Source of the DNA: the human T2T-CHM13v2.0 reference genome, Homo sapiens
Length of the DNA stretch: 64,000 bases
NCBI RefSeq assembly: GCF_009914755.1
Contig: NC_060931.1
Direction: 5' to 3' (one strand)
Shown: positions 1-14,707 of the stretch, piece after piece
How the letters are laid out: each line of letters opens with the position of its first letter
Numbering within the stretch: the stretch's first letter is position 1
Position numbers and translations under genes: made by a program
The notes under the pieces: model-generated
The model's database searches: none
The model's input: the letters and a program-made list of their open reading frames with translations, nothing else
What the model was told of the DNA's origin: nothing

Positions 1-427
1 CCATATCTGAGCAATATTTACTTATATATATGTCTCCATTTTATTCAGCTGGTAGCACACCAGGACCACATCTACACTATGCTTTTATACTTCCATATCT
101 TAGAGGCCTTTCCAAGGAAGCCCGACAAAAAGTTCCTCCTTGTTCTTTTCATGGCCACACGGCACCACTTCTCTTATGAATACACAAATCTGTCTGGCTG
201 ACCCTACACTCTGGCGTTATCAGTCTGTTTCTGGATCCTGTGCCATAGCAGAACAGCACTCAAAGTAAATTTCTGAGAAGCTACTGTGTGGAGAAAGTTC
301 ACAATGGTACCAAATAATAATGAAGTCAAGAACATTATAAGCAATATTCTTGGCAAAAAGCTGAAGAGAACTAGAGCTGAAAGAGAACAATCACTTCAGT
401 AGTTTATAAAACATCAAAACGCACATC

Positions 428-592
428 TCTCATAAAGTGGGTGTCTCCCTCCTTCACTCTGTGTGGGGCAGGGGGGTGGGGGTGGGGGGTGGCTCATACT
501 AGACACTCTCCTCATAAAGCAGGTGTCTCCCTCCTTCACTCTGTGTGGGGCAGGGGGGTGGGGGTGGGGGGTGGCTCATACTAGACACTCTC
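428..592. repeat. 82-bp tandem duplication (2 copies), each containing a G-quadruplex motif
   Basis: CTCATAAAG at 429 and 511. Each copy has GGGGCAGGGGGGTGGGGGTGGGGGG. Confidence 0.9.
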
Positions 593-898
593 CAGAAGTG
601 CTCACCAGGTGCCAAGTATCCAAATATTACACCAAATATCTCACTGAAAACCTTCATACATGACGAAAATACAATGGAAGGCAGGGGTGCTTACATTAAT
701 GTCTTTCAGAAAGAAAACACATTGATAATATTTCTAGAACCTTTGATGAAAAACACAAAATAACATTTTTGACAGAGATAACTGGTCAAATCATATCAGT
801 TATCAGTTTAAAATGTGGAATTAAAACTACTTTCTTTCTGTTTGATGAACACATGTCCCTATTTCATGTCATAAGTAAAAAAGCCCTATTCATCCTAC

Positions 899-1051
899 CT
901 TAGCAGCCCTCACAGCTTTGATCTTCAACAGCATGTCCACAAAAGCTACCCTCACTTTCTCCGAATTGTCGTGGAGACTGTATCTGAGAGCTGGAAGGAG
1001 CTGCTCTAACAATGGGTGGCTCAGTTTGTTGTCCAAAATCATTGGCAGACA
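899..1051 (-). CDS. NCAPG2: NCAPG2 exon 13 (153 nt, CLPMILDNKL...KAVRAAK)
   Basis: Acceptor ttgcag|TGT and donor AAG|gtagga. In frame with the preceding exons and matches condensin-2 subunit G2 as I recall it. Confidence 0.96.
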
Positions 1052-1638
1052 CTGCAACAGAGAGAAAGATAAACAATTCAAAATCAGAACATGCCAATGA
1101 AAGGTTCAGGTAGGAAAACTTCATTAAAGAAAACATTCGGTTCCATCTTTATTAGAACTACTAGTGAAATAAATATACCTATGGAAAATACCACTTTTTC
1201 TAGAACTATTTCATATAAAAGGCATACTTTTAATGAACCAGTATAGGTCCAACCACTGCTATTTGGTCCATCCATTGTTTTGTTCAAATAAGATTAAAGC
1301 AATTATAAAAGAAATCTTTAATGCTCTCTCTCAGCTAAATTTTAGAGAATTTTTGAGTTGAAAGAAACACAGAATAACTACTGGTCACATGGTCTCCAAA
1401 GGCACCAAGTCCAAGAACTCTGCATTTCCTGACTCGATACTGCATGAGGATTGGAGGGAACAGAGCCAGCGTGTGTGACTCGAACGCACTCTCGGCTGAC
1501 TACAGTGGCCACGTAGCAGGTGGCACTCCTCCACAGGCCAAGGCTCAGTCTGGGCCCCCAAACTCCAGCACTGCTTAAGCTCTACTGCCTTCTCCATCTA
1601 GTTTCAGGAGAAAGGACATTTTCACAGGTTTTTATTAA

Positions 1639-2028
<390 letters not shown>

Positions 2029-3567
2029 ACATATATTTTAATGACGATAATTTTTTCAAAAAATTTCAAGTATATACAGCTCTTCTTCCAAAGCACTCAA
2101 GGGCAGACTGATTTGAATCATCTGCTCCACCTGTGTCCACAGCCTCCTCTTGATCCTGCCCTCCCACTGGACACCGGCCACCGGCCACCACCTACCTTGC
2201 CAGTTCCCCCAATCCCACAGCCCCTGTAGCCCCTGCCATAACACTGTGTTCTCCTAATTCTCCTTCAACTTCTCTGGTCTTTCTTCTGTAGATTCTCTGC
2301 TGACTCTTCCTCTACTCCAGAGCCCACTCATCCCTCCTCACAGATGACCCATCTGGGCAAGGGAGGCATCTCAGAGTGGCCCTGCAAGGGTTTCCTCAGA
2401 AGCATGAAAGCACCAGACGGTGGTCAGAAGGTCAGGACCAAGAGAAGACCGGCCAGGGAGCTGCAGCCACTTTGGATGACAGCAACAGGAAGGAGCAGGT
2501 GAACCTCAGACACCAGGAAGGGAAAGACAGGACTTGGGTGAAGGAGGAAGAAGCAAGAACAGCACGCAAGTGAGTGACTCAGCAGATGGCATCATCACTT
2601 CAAGGAGAAAGAGGAGCAAGGGGGAGAGAGGAAAATAAATAAAACTCTTGGATGGCAGCAGGTTTGGAAAAGATGGTCATCAACTCAGCAGTGGAGACAG
2701 GGTGGTTGCTATGACGTACAACCAAGGCCCCATCAGAAATGAAGCACTCACCCCAGCTGTCCTGGGGCTGCTGAGCTGCCCTCGCCATCAGCATGCTTGG
2801 GGATGGCCTCCTGAAGAAAATGCCTTCTTCTTCCCGGGCAGCCAGTGTGCAATAGTGAATCAGCATGGGCCCAGTCTGAAGGGCTCTGCTGGCTCCAGAG
2901 CTGCCTGTGGGTCTGCACGAGGCTTTCCCAGGCTGTGTCACGGCTTAATGTCCCTTCCCTTACACAGGTGTGCACCCCAGGAGCACTTCCTAATCTGCAT
3001 GCTGTGGATAGTCTGAATCTCAGAGCTACCTGCTGGTCACCTGAGCAGAGCTCTCAAAGAAGACGCTTGTCTGTAAACTGGGACCAGCCGCATGCAAACC
3101 ACAGTCAGAGCAAGGCTGGAAACCGGATAGCCAGGGGGAGCCCGTCACAGTGCAAGAGGCGCACGGCTCCCTGGCTCCTCAGCCAGCACTTGAAGAGTAA
3201 GAGTATTCAACCAAAGACCAGGAGGAAGAAGAGGGACTGAGGTTTTACCACAACATCCAGAGGGACAAGGGAATGGTGTAGGAATGAATTCTGCTCAGAG
3301 GTCAAAAAAGTCTAGAGAAGTGGTCATGTGAAATTCACCTTGGCTAGAAATGCTTTACTGGAGTAGTGGACATAGAAGACGCTTTATAGTAGACTGGGGA
3401 GTTGCAGGAAATGGAGATAGACTATTTAGGTGACCACTAAACTAAGACTCTTTTGAGAGTAAGAAGGTTGCTCCTAACAATTACTGCAGAGCAACAGGCA
3501 TGAGCCCAAATGTCTGATCACTCAACAAACACAGACATGCTCCTCAGAATATCTTTCTCTGCAATGA

Positions 3568-4067
<500 letters not shown>

Positions 4068-4864
4068 TGAGGCCCAAGAGCTGCTCTGAAAATGTCTGTT
4101 TTGCACCTGAGAGAAGAGGAAGTCACCTGCTTTGTGCTCAGGGGAGTCAGAGCTTCTAAACAGTTGATTCCAGTAGCAGGAAAGTGAGATCAGTTCTTCT
4201 TAGGTCATCTCACAGTACCTCAAGAAATTCTCTGAATTGGCCTCTCTGAGAGCTTTACAGATTCTCCAAACCCTCTCTCCAAGAGCATTTGCTTTTGCAG
4301 CCTGGGTAGCCCCCTCCCTCTGGTTCATTCCACACCTGGCCGTTTCACATTTTCTCACCAAAGTCAGGGGGAAAAAAGATCAGTGGCCACCCCACTACCA
4401 TCTAACATACATATTACAATTTCTATAAACCTGAAGACAGTTCAGGTTGCTTAGAAAATAAAATGTGAGTTCTTCTTGCAAGGTTTGAGCTACAATTGGT
4501 GTTGGTGATAGGTGGGAGATACTAAAAAATTACTTAAGTGAATCCAAATATATTATATGTACAAGATTCTATGCAAAGCATATTTCTCCAAGACATTACA
4601 CAAAGAGACAAAAGAGAATAAATTCAACAGTACTGGGACCCCTTCCCCCCTTACACTAAAAACTACTATTAGTTCAAGTCATCATTTTTTGTAGAAAACA
4701 CTTTGAATTTGGTTTTTAAAAACCTTACTTTGGATATATGACAGGTCAAAAATGTTATCTTTGTGGAGTAGGATTACAGGTATTATTTTAATCTTTTTCT
4801 TTTCCTGTTTTTCTAATTATTCTACAACAAATAAACATTACTTACATAATTTAAAAAATCTTAC

Positions 4865-5044
4865 CTTAAAGACAGAACAACGAACATCAGCTGAGCTCGT
4901 GTCAAATGCCAGTTCCCCAGTCACCTTCTTCAGGAGGTCAATAAGAATGGTCGGGGGCATCATTTCCCAGTACTTAGAAGTTATTTTACAAACACCAAGG
5001 ATCCCTGTGGAACGGACCATCGGGTAAGGATCTTCTAAAAGGCT
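4865..5044 (-). CDS. NCAPG2: NCAPG2 exon 12 (180 nt, SLLEDPYPMV...RCSVFK)
   Basis: Acceptor ttatag|AGC, donor AAG|gtaaga, in frame. Confidence 0.96.
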
Positions 5045-5449
5045 CTATAAGTAGGAGGGGAGAAAGGCTTAAAAACCTTGACTTATTTCCCGAAATCCAC
5101 ATCTGCTTCACACGTGAGCACTTCAGGGATTCGTAACTTAGAGAAACTTTGAGCATAGAAATACTGGACACATATGGATTCCTAGACCTGAGATTACTTG
5201 CTATCGCTTCTAAAGCAGAGTATTTAAGATCAAGCCAGAAACATGGGGTGCCTCATGTGCCACATCCCCTGACAGCAGGGCCTCAAAACCAGCTCTGTCA
5301 TTCAGTGAGACCTGCACACTCAGCTGACCATGGCAGGTGTTCAGATTAGGCATGGCCCACGTACACCACGCTTTTGAATTCTAAAATGCTGTAATGCATT
5401 TTAGAGCCCAGAATAAAATAATTCTACTTGTAATGAACTAATCCAGGCC

Positions 5450-6125
5450 ATGATCGTCAGTGGTACTAAAAATTCAAAAACAGACAATGAGGCAATAAGT
5501 ACCCCGATGGGAGTATTCGACATCAACAGGGAAATAATCTCACGAAACAAAATCCCAAATACATGAATCGGATCAACTCTCTCATTTAACTACCAATTTA
5601 TAGGAAACACAAAGGGCAGAGGGACACACTAATGGCATCACAGGAATGGGTTCTATAAAATCCAGACTGCTGGAAACGTCATAGAATAATTTGGCTTCTT
5701 CAATGACAACAAAAACAGCAAGTTTTAAGAAAACAAAACACAAAAAGATTATGGCAAGAGAGCTCGTGGTCCAGGAGACTTAAGCAACATGTCAGTTAGT
5801 CATAGCACATGGGCCTTAGTTAGAGAAACATTCAAACAAAACGAGAAAATGAGAGCAACGAATGGGTACCCAAAGACACTAAGCAATCATCGTTAATTTA
5901 TCTTTAGCTGTGATCATGGCATGATTAAAAAAAAAATTATCTTTTATCAATACCTTCTGACCCATTTAGAGCTGAAATGATATGATGTCCCAAATATGTT
6001 TCAAGACAGGGGAAGAAGAAATCAGATTGGGATTAGTCAGCAATGAGTAAAACTGTGTTGTGGGCACACAGGGGTTATTACTCCAGTCTCTTTTTTATTA
6101 TGCATGACATTTTCTATTAGAAACG
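5450..6125 (+). mobile_element. Old L1 (L1M-type) 3' fragments
   Basis: Diverged A-rich L1ME/L1MC-like 3' UTR phrases. Boundaries approximate. Confidence 0.45.
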
Positions 6126-7204
6126 TTGAAAAACACAACAGAATTCTTACTACTTTAATTAGAAAAAAAGATTTCAAGTTAAAATTAAGCATTTACCCCA
6201 TCTCTTCCCCAAAATTTGACCAAAATGATCAATTTCTATTAGCAATAATAGAAACAAAAAGACTGAGAAATTTCTGTAAGAGAGGGAATAAGGAATAGAT
6301 TCATGGAGAAAAGAGCATAAAAGGTTGTAACCTAGACATTCCTAGGTAAGGGTGCTCTAAAGACAGGAGGCTGTGACCTCAGAGAGCTCACATCAGCCCC
6401 GAACCCAGAGCCCAGGTTACAGAGAAGAGTTTGTGGCAAGGGCTGCAAACAACCCCTGATGAGGCATACAGGCCAGCAGGAGTTCAGGGGCAAGGATGTG
6501 CTCCCCAGGATAAAGTCTTACAAATGGTTTCTAAACCACGTGTGTCATCTGCCAGGAAGAGATACTGGGCAACAGACAAAGAAGAACAAAAAAAGAGCCA
6601 GCAATAACTCTAAGCCTCCAGAAAAGCAAAAGAAGGAAGAGCAATGCCACCCAGAAGGAAAGGGCCCTTTGTACTTGGGTACCGAGGGGTCACCTGCCTG
6701 CCTGCTCTTCCTCCACAGAAACTAAGGGAAGTCCTCCTGCTGTTGCACTCTGCCCATTTAGGCAAACCTGAGACATGACTCTACACAACTAGAGAAGAAC
6801 ACCTGCTAACTACCTTACCAACCCAATCCTTTATCCAAACATAAGAATGGAAAAGATGACCAGTCATTTAAGAAAAAGCAAATAGGAAGAAAAAAAGATG
6901 ATAAAAATAAAGCAAAAAAAAAAAAAAAAAAAAAAACAGAAAAGAACTTTAGGAATCTGAAGGCCTGTCCTTGGGATTCAGAAGTTTTTATACATTTTGT
7001 TTTCTATTAATTACTTTCAATAATAATCTTTAAAAATAATAAAAATATATTCCAGACAATCACCTTACAACCACATCCTCTCTGGATTCAGTGTCCAGAC
7101 CTGTTTGCAATTACACCATCACCAGAGAAGCACTCAAAATGACAGCACATGACTTGCAATGCTGTTTCTGTCGCATCCCTTCATTTAAAAACATTCAAAG
7201 AATC

Positions 7205-7485
7205 CTTTTCTTTTTTGAAACAGGGTCTTGCTCTGTCACCCAGGCTGGAGTATAGTGGCACAATGTCAGCTCACTGCAGCCTTGACCTTCCAGCCTCAAG
7301 TGATCCTCCCACCTCAGCCTCCCTAGTAGCTGAGACTATAGGCATGCACCACAGTGCCCAGCTGATTTTTTTTTTAATTGGTATAGATGGGGTTTCGCCA
7401 TGTTGCCCAGGATTGCTCAAGCAATCCTTCTTCCTCGGCCTCTCAAAGTGTTGGGATTACAGGCGTGAACCACTGCACCTAGACC
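7205..7485 (-). mobile_element. Alu (AluJ-like)
   Basis: Reverse Alu sequence. Confidence 0.85.
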
Positions 7486-7719
7486 CTTTTTTATTTTAAA
7501 AAAAAAAAAAAGGTTCTCCATATTACTCAGGTTTAAGAAATACCAATAAAGCAAAAAGCATGAGAGAACAGTTAAGGTACACAGAGGATACAGGAAATAA
7601 CCACTGCTCTTACTTATTTATCAGATCACCTCCTTTGTCTCCTCATGATAGAGCCTAATTTCCATCTAAAGGTTGAGTTAAAGCCTCAAGAGGTGCAGCA
7701 CCAGGGACAGGAGCTCTCA

Positions 7720-7888
7720 GCCAGCTTTGGTGAACAATGCCGCAGGCCAGACCCAGCTGGTACCTGCTCCTACACAGCCCACAGTGCTAAGAATGGTTCA
7801 TATTTCTTAATGGTTGGAAAAAATGAACAAATTAACATTTTATGGCATGTGAAAATTACATGAGATTAAAATTTTGTTGTCCACAAAA
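7720..7888 (+). mobile_element. MER58-like hAT DNA transposon fragment
   Basis: AGCCCACAGTGCTAAGAATGGTTCATATTTCTTAATGGTTGGAAAAAA...TGTGAAAATTACATGAGATTAAA resembles MER58B. Confidence 0.55.
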
Positions 7889-8135
7889 TTTTTTTCTTTT
7901 TTTAAAATAAGAGTCAGGGTCTCGCTCTATCGCCCAGGCTGGAGTGCAGTAGTATAATCATGGTTCACTGTAGCCTTGACCTCCTGGGTTCAAGCGATCC
8001 TCCCATTTGAGGCTGCAGTGAGTGATGATCACGCCACTGGACTCCAGGCTGGGAGACAGAGCACGACTCTGTCTCTAAAATAAAATAAAATAAAATAAAA
8101 TTTAAAAATAAGGAATCTTTAAAAAAAAAAAAAGG
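7889..8135. mobile_element. Two fused, inverted Alu right-arm fragments
   Basis: Minus-strand fragment 7889-8005 directly abuts plus-strand fragment 8006-8135. Confidence 0.85.
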
Positions 8136-8234
8136 AATTGTAGATAAATATACATAATGTACACAGCAAAATACTAATGACTTCATTTAGGGATGTGTGT
8201 GTGTGCTTGAAGAAGTATACAGATATTTATTACA

Positions 8235-8589
<355 letters not shown>

Positions 8590-9347
8590 TAGAAAAGAAA
8601 AAGAAAAAAGGGAGCACTTCAGAAGCACCACAGGCAACAGCATTACAACAGCACTTTGTTGTCATTGTTTCCTAAAACTTTACTACTTAGGACAGTAGAT
8701 AGTATGCACTGCTTAAGTAAGCTGTGTTAGGAAATACAGACTAAGTAGATGAAAAGAATCCACAATACTCCTTGGAAATAAATGCCGCATCTTAACATCC
8801 TAGCACCTCATCTGAAAAATCACCTGCCACAGGCATTATTTGTAGGCTTGCCCTGAAATATAACCAGTGTTTGCTCATTATGCTACCCAACACCTTTAGG
8901 ATAGGCAATATCGCAATCACACTTACAGAGAAAGACACAGAGAAGTTAAGTGACTTGCCCAAAGCCACATACCTATTAAGTGAGAGTGGTGGACTCTGAC
9001 CCCAGAGAGCAGGGGGCTGACACCAGAGCATGTGCTTTACCCACCATATGACACCACCTCTCCATTGGGGAAACAACAGGCATATGCATAAAATGTTTAA
9101 AACCACACATAGTAATAAATAATTAAATGTCCCAAAAGTAGAAAAAGACACCACAGGTCCACGCTGTTATAGAAGGCCCCAGGGAGAAGTGGCATCTCTC
9201 TGAAGAACAGTCCAGGTTTAGAAACCATGCCATGTGGGAGCAGAGCTCTGGCGGTTACAGGGGAGGTGGGGACACACACAAGCAGTACATGCCACAGCCT
9301 GGACAAAGCTGATATCTGTAAGAAGCTTGACCACCTGAAGTACGTAC

Positions 9348-9473
9348 ATAGAGCTCTTCAAACTGTTTCTGGATTTCACTATCCATTTCAATAGCATGAA
9401 GGTTTGGATCCCTAATAGGAAATGCTTCAACAAACAACAATGCAGCATTTGATCGAACTTCAGAGTTTCTGGC
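9348..9473 (-). CDS. NCAPG2: NCAPG2 exon 11 (126 nt, ARNSEVRSNA...FEELY)
   Basis: Acceptor ttatag|GCC, donor TAT|gtacgt, in frame. Confidence 0.96.
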
Positions 9474-10108
9474 CTATAATAATAAAAGAAGAGTATCTCA
9501 GAATCCCAAAGAGTTAACATACGAAGGCTTAAGTACAGTGTTCCCAAAGTAACACTTTAATTATCTTGATACAGATTTATTTTCAAATTACAGACAATTA
9601 TAACGTTTAAATTGACCAAACATTGCTCAGTTCAATGTCAACAGATACTATGAAAAGATAAAGCTTCCTCACTTCAAAGCCCACTTCATGTCACTAAGAA
9701 GTGGTCACCCCACATCCTCACTAAAGATACCAGGTTGTCTGCACTGAAAGTTATTGTGTGTTTGTTAGATCTCAAGGATCTGGACAGCCCTGGACAGCCC
9801 AGGCCAGCGCGGCAAACCACCCACAGCCTCAGCTGGTTTGCTTTACGGCATGCCTCTAATCTCCTTCCCTAAACATGGTTACTTAAAAATAACTGTGTAG
9901 TTAGCACTAAACCAATCCAGATTTCCAGTTAAATGAAACCAAGAAATGCTTTTAATAAAAGAAAAAAACATTTGTTCAAAAATTTCAGAAAGCATTCAGT
10001 CTTCAGCCTTATCTTTACTATTTTATTGTAATTTGGACTTAGAGTTTGCTAAATTCAAAAGCACAAGTAGTACATTCCAAACACGGATAAACTATTTGAA
10101 ATGTATAC

Positions 10109-10204
10109 CTTTAATCCTCTCCAAAGGATGGGCTTATATAATCTATAAAGCATCTCTTCCACTCCCTGCCGAACTTTCTTTTGATGGTGAAAGTAACTCA
10201 GAAC
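10109..10204 (-). CDS. NCAPG2: NCAPG2 exon 10 (96 nt, VLSYFHHQKK...WRGLK)
   Basis: Acceptor ccttag|GTT, donor AAG|gtatac, in frame. Confidence 0.95.
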
Positions 10205-12687
10205 CTAAGGACCAAAAAAAGGAAAAGGAAGGCATTAACAAAAAAATAAATAAATAAAATAAAATGGCATTTGGAAAGAGCAACAGGGAGAATTGTTCTC
10301 TCCACCACAAGTAGGCTCTGGCTGGCATCCACATGTCATGACAATTCTTCAGCAGGAGTAACTTCAATGGATATAGGACAGTAGTAAATGCAGTCAATCA
10401 CAAGAAAGAATCTACGGCTGAAATAAAAAGATTAATGGCCTTGGGCTATAAAATGGTTTGGGTTCTAGTTTCTGCTATTCTGCCAACAGCCACATAACCT
10501 CAAAAAAAGACTCGTTTAAACCTCTGACCTTCAGGATAAAATGGAAAAGGGGAGATTCCTGAATGGTTCTAAGAGCTCACGCTTGTTCCAAAACATTAAC
10601 TAACCTCTTTATTACCAACATGTGGTAACTGTTTCATAACTTTGTAACAAGGAGGTGTCACACTTAGTGACCCCTCACTGTATGAGATTAATTTAGGTAT
10701 CAAGTTCCTCCCAAAACTTATGAAAAAATCAGAAAATGATCATTCTTGTAGCTTTCATTCTTCTTTTCCTACTCACTTCTTTTCCAGTCAGAATCTTCCC
10801 AAAATTCTTTGTAGCCTCATGTCCCTAACAACAATTAATTTTGCCTTACTTCTCTATTCACACCTTTTGGGGCTAAACTTTATTAGTGAAACATGAAAAT
10901 TTTGAAAGATTAAACAGGCTGTAAAAGAACAGCCTACACTTTAAGTGAGCTTGTATCAACTTAACCCTAGAAGAGCTGCAGTATGGGGATTATTTTTTTC
11001 TGATTATTATTTTGTAGTTTGTATTGATGGTGATAAGTGACATTAGTCTATAGTTTGCTTTTTGTGTACAATACTATCAAACTTTGATATCAACAGTACA
11101 CTTGCTTCATAGAAAAATTTTCTAAACAGCTTAAGACTTAATTCACATGCCACAAAATCTACTGTTTTAAAGTATACAATTCAGTGGCTTTCAGTATATT
11201 TAGAGCTATGCTACCATTGTTACTGTCTAATTCTAGAACATTTTCATCAACAATGTTGAGATTTTTAATTTCAAATGATGTCTGAAGCACTGCCTGAAAC
11301 CTCTTTCAATATCAATAAAATGACTTATCAGATAAATTTAATAGTTATCAAATAAAAACAATTTGAGGAAGAAACTATAATGTGTTATAAGTTGTGACAA
11401 AAACAATTACTTGGAGTTGAGTAACACGTTTCACTTGAGTGAAATCTAATATTCTCCCTTTAAATTCTTTTTGTGCATTTTTCCATAAATTTACCAAATA
11501 GTGATATCTATACTTATAATATCTTAATTACTCAGACTACCACAGCAAAAATAACATATGAAAACATACATAGTTTACATATAAACTACACATATAGTTT
11601 ACATAAACATAGTTTACATAAATACATAGTTTAATGCAATTCTACTAAATAAAATTTGAAACACCAACTCATCTATGTGAAATAAATAACCCAAACTGAC
11701 TACAACTAAATAAAGCCACACTGGGATGGGGGTGGGGGGTGGGTAGGACAGGGAGTTCATTGAATATATTTATCCTAAATATATGCAATCACGATTTTTA
11801 AATCCTCTGGAAAACTCAGTAGTCTAGATAAATCTCTGGGTTCTTTATCCTTGTGTAACTGAAATTAAATCATCAATAATGCAAAGAAACATTTTCTTAT
11901 CCACTCAAAATTAATATAATTAGTATATTTACATTCTATAAATAGCAGTAGTTTCACTCTACAACAAAACAAAGAAATGAGTAGTCTTTATTCACTTGGT
12001 TTCTTGACATATGGTTGCCAAAACTAACAGCAAGCAAACAAGGCATCCCATGGGTTAGAACACTGATCAACAGCAGCTGCTTAATTTAAATAAACACAGC
12101 AGACCAGATTTTCCCATTCCTCCTGCCAGGATCCTTAAGATCCATCAAACACCTATCAGTGTAGTAATGGCACTGATGATAGAATCTTATCTAGTCAGTC
12201 CATTTACAATTATTAATATAAAGGTAAAGTTCATATCTAAATTCTGAGATTAATCTAAATTCTGAGATTACCTTTACAGAACAAAATATCAAAAGAAACA
12301 ATCAAAACATTTATTCATTTGGTTTGCAGAAGAGCAAAATTGGAATTTAATAAGTAAAATAATAAAAATAATTTCAAATACCCTCTAGGATCTTTGAAAA
12401 AAATGATAGTGGCCATTAGAAACCAATAATTCTGGAAAATCTCAAGACAGAGAATTGAATTTAAGGTCATTCAAATACAATACTAACCATCTCAACAATA
12501 CACCTTTGCTTTCCTCATTAAAACTTTGGTGGCAGGAATAAAACTGCCAGACATCAAATATCAAGGTTCTGAGAAATCCCCCTAACTGATGTCTGTGAAA
12601 GCTTAATTTTAAAATTTAACCAAAACAATTATCTAAAAACAAAACAGAGGAAACATTATTTCAAAAACAATCTGTTCACAATCTTAC

Positions 12688-12774
12688 CTCCCGCACTTTG
12701 GAATGCACTGGAGACCTCCTCGGAAGGTGTATCCCGTGGAACATGAAGTCCTGGATGCAATCATTTTCAATCGC
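12688..12774 (-). CDS. NCAPG2: NCAPG2 exon 9 (87 nt, AIENDCIQDF...SKVRE)
   Basis: Acceptor tttcag|GCG, donor GAG|gtaaga, in frame. Confidence 0.96.
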
Positions 12775-14104
12775 CTGAAATAACAAATGCAATGCAAAGC
12801 ACTTGGTGTGTGTGTGTCCTACTGACGACCTGACAAGCAGTGCGGCATTTGAGTACAAAGAGTCTGACCTGTCCATCTTATATTTCATGAGAAAAAAACC
12901 TGGACCCTTTTGTCCAAGCTTTCTTATTTTAAGTCCATGCTTCTTAGAATCCCTTTGGTTTTCTTATAGCAAGGAGAATGCTTTGCTTCTCTTTTATTTG
13001 ATGAAATATCAAATCTGTGCCAAATGGCAATGTAAGATTCCACCTACCACTCAAGGCTAGTTCAAATCAGACAAATTTCAGAGACTGAGTGCATGGTGAG
13101 TGTGGAGCCCCCTCTTCTGACTCATCACTGACCTGGACAACCTTCAGAAGACTGGATTTGTTCCAACAGCCTCCACAGAACAAAAACAGAACTACCTCTA
13201 CGGCGGAAACTGTAAATAAGATATTTCAGGGCCACTGTTGACAAGGGCTGAGCAAGGAAGGTGTGTGGGAAGCCCTTCATCAGCCCCATGCACTAATGGT
13301 ACTCAGAGTGCAGCAACTGGGAAAAGGCCTAGCCTCTAAGAGTAGCAAAAAACCCCAGTGGACCCTATGTCTGTACCTGTACTCTGTGCCCACCCTCACA
13401 CATGAGCAGGATTTCTGTGGCTTTGAGGAAGGACCTAAGGAAACGCTCCTAGGGTTAATACTAATACAAACCAGAGTCTGCAGATGCTCAAGTTCCTCTT
13501 CCCCATTATATTTGAAAATATTTCCTTCACCTGAAGTCACTTAGCATCACTTAATGTGGGACAACCACACATTGTCTGACTTGCAATGAAAGATGAGATA
13601 CACAGCACTACCTGGGAAGTTATTTGTACCATAAAAGTTGAATCCAAACCTTTAGAGCTAACTATCAGTATGCCAACATTCTACAGGACAACTGGTCCAG
13701 TTTCCTCACATGCCAATGGCATAGATTTTAAGAAAAGGAAAGGAGGGAGGAATGCTCTAGAATAAGCGATTTTAATGGTATAACAAGCAAATGCCATGTG
13801 GGCAACTTGTTGAGTCCTAATTCAAAAAAACTCTAAGGAGACATTTGAGATCACTGGAAAAATTTTAATGTGGCTTGATTATTTTTAAAAATACCAAGGA
13901 TTTACTGTCACATTTTTAGGTCTTACAATGGCATTCCATAAGCACATTTTTGAGAGATGAATAAAGTAGTATGTAGAAATGAAATGTCAGGTCTGGAATT
14001 TGCCTGAAAAACTTAAAGAGAGGGAGGGCAGAGAGGAATGGAGTGAGACTGAGAAATACACATTGTTGATACCAATTTTGTATACATCTAGTCAAATAGT
14101 TTTT

Positions 14105-14241
14105 ATTTTGTTTATTTTTCTGTAGAGACAGGGTCTCGCCATGTTGGCCAGGCTGGTCTCAAACTCCTGACCTCAGGTGATCCACCCTCCTCGGCCTCCC
14201 AAAGTGCTGGGATTACAGGCGTGAGCTACCACGCCCAGCCT
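14105..14241 (-). mobile_element. Alu left-arm fragment
   Basis: Reverse Alu left monomer. Confidence 0.85.
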
Positions 14242-14707
14242 ATTTTTTATTTTCTAGAAGTCAGTGATAAACCTTGGCAATACAAATCAAGTGTAAGTTG
14301 TGCAGAGGAGCAGAGAGGATGGAAGTAAACCCAGACATGGGGCAGCCTCTGTCCACTCTGCAGGTTCCTCCCTCTGCCCATCAGTGCAGGGCCTGCTCTC
14401 CAAAGAGGAATGAAAAGTCAGGATAGAACACAGGGTTGTGAGAGGCTCCTTTCTGACCTAGAGTAAAAATTTTATTCTCAGAGAAAAATAAAATGATTGA
14501 GAACCTGGTATAAGAAAAATATAAGGGAAAACAAACACACTTTTTTGTCCAAAAGGGTATCTGGATGTTGAGTTGGGATTGTGGATTACATAGCCCTATC
14601 TTCATAACATAAATACTATGTATTCACCAGAGTTACCCATAATCAAAGAAAATATCTTCAAATTCTCAAAAATAATGTAACTAAAAGAGGTGACTTGAAG
14701 TCCCTGA

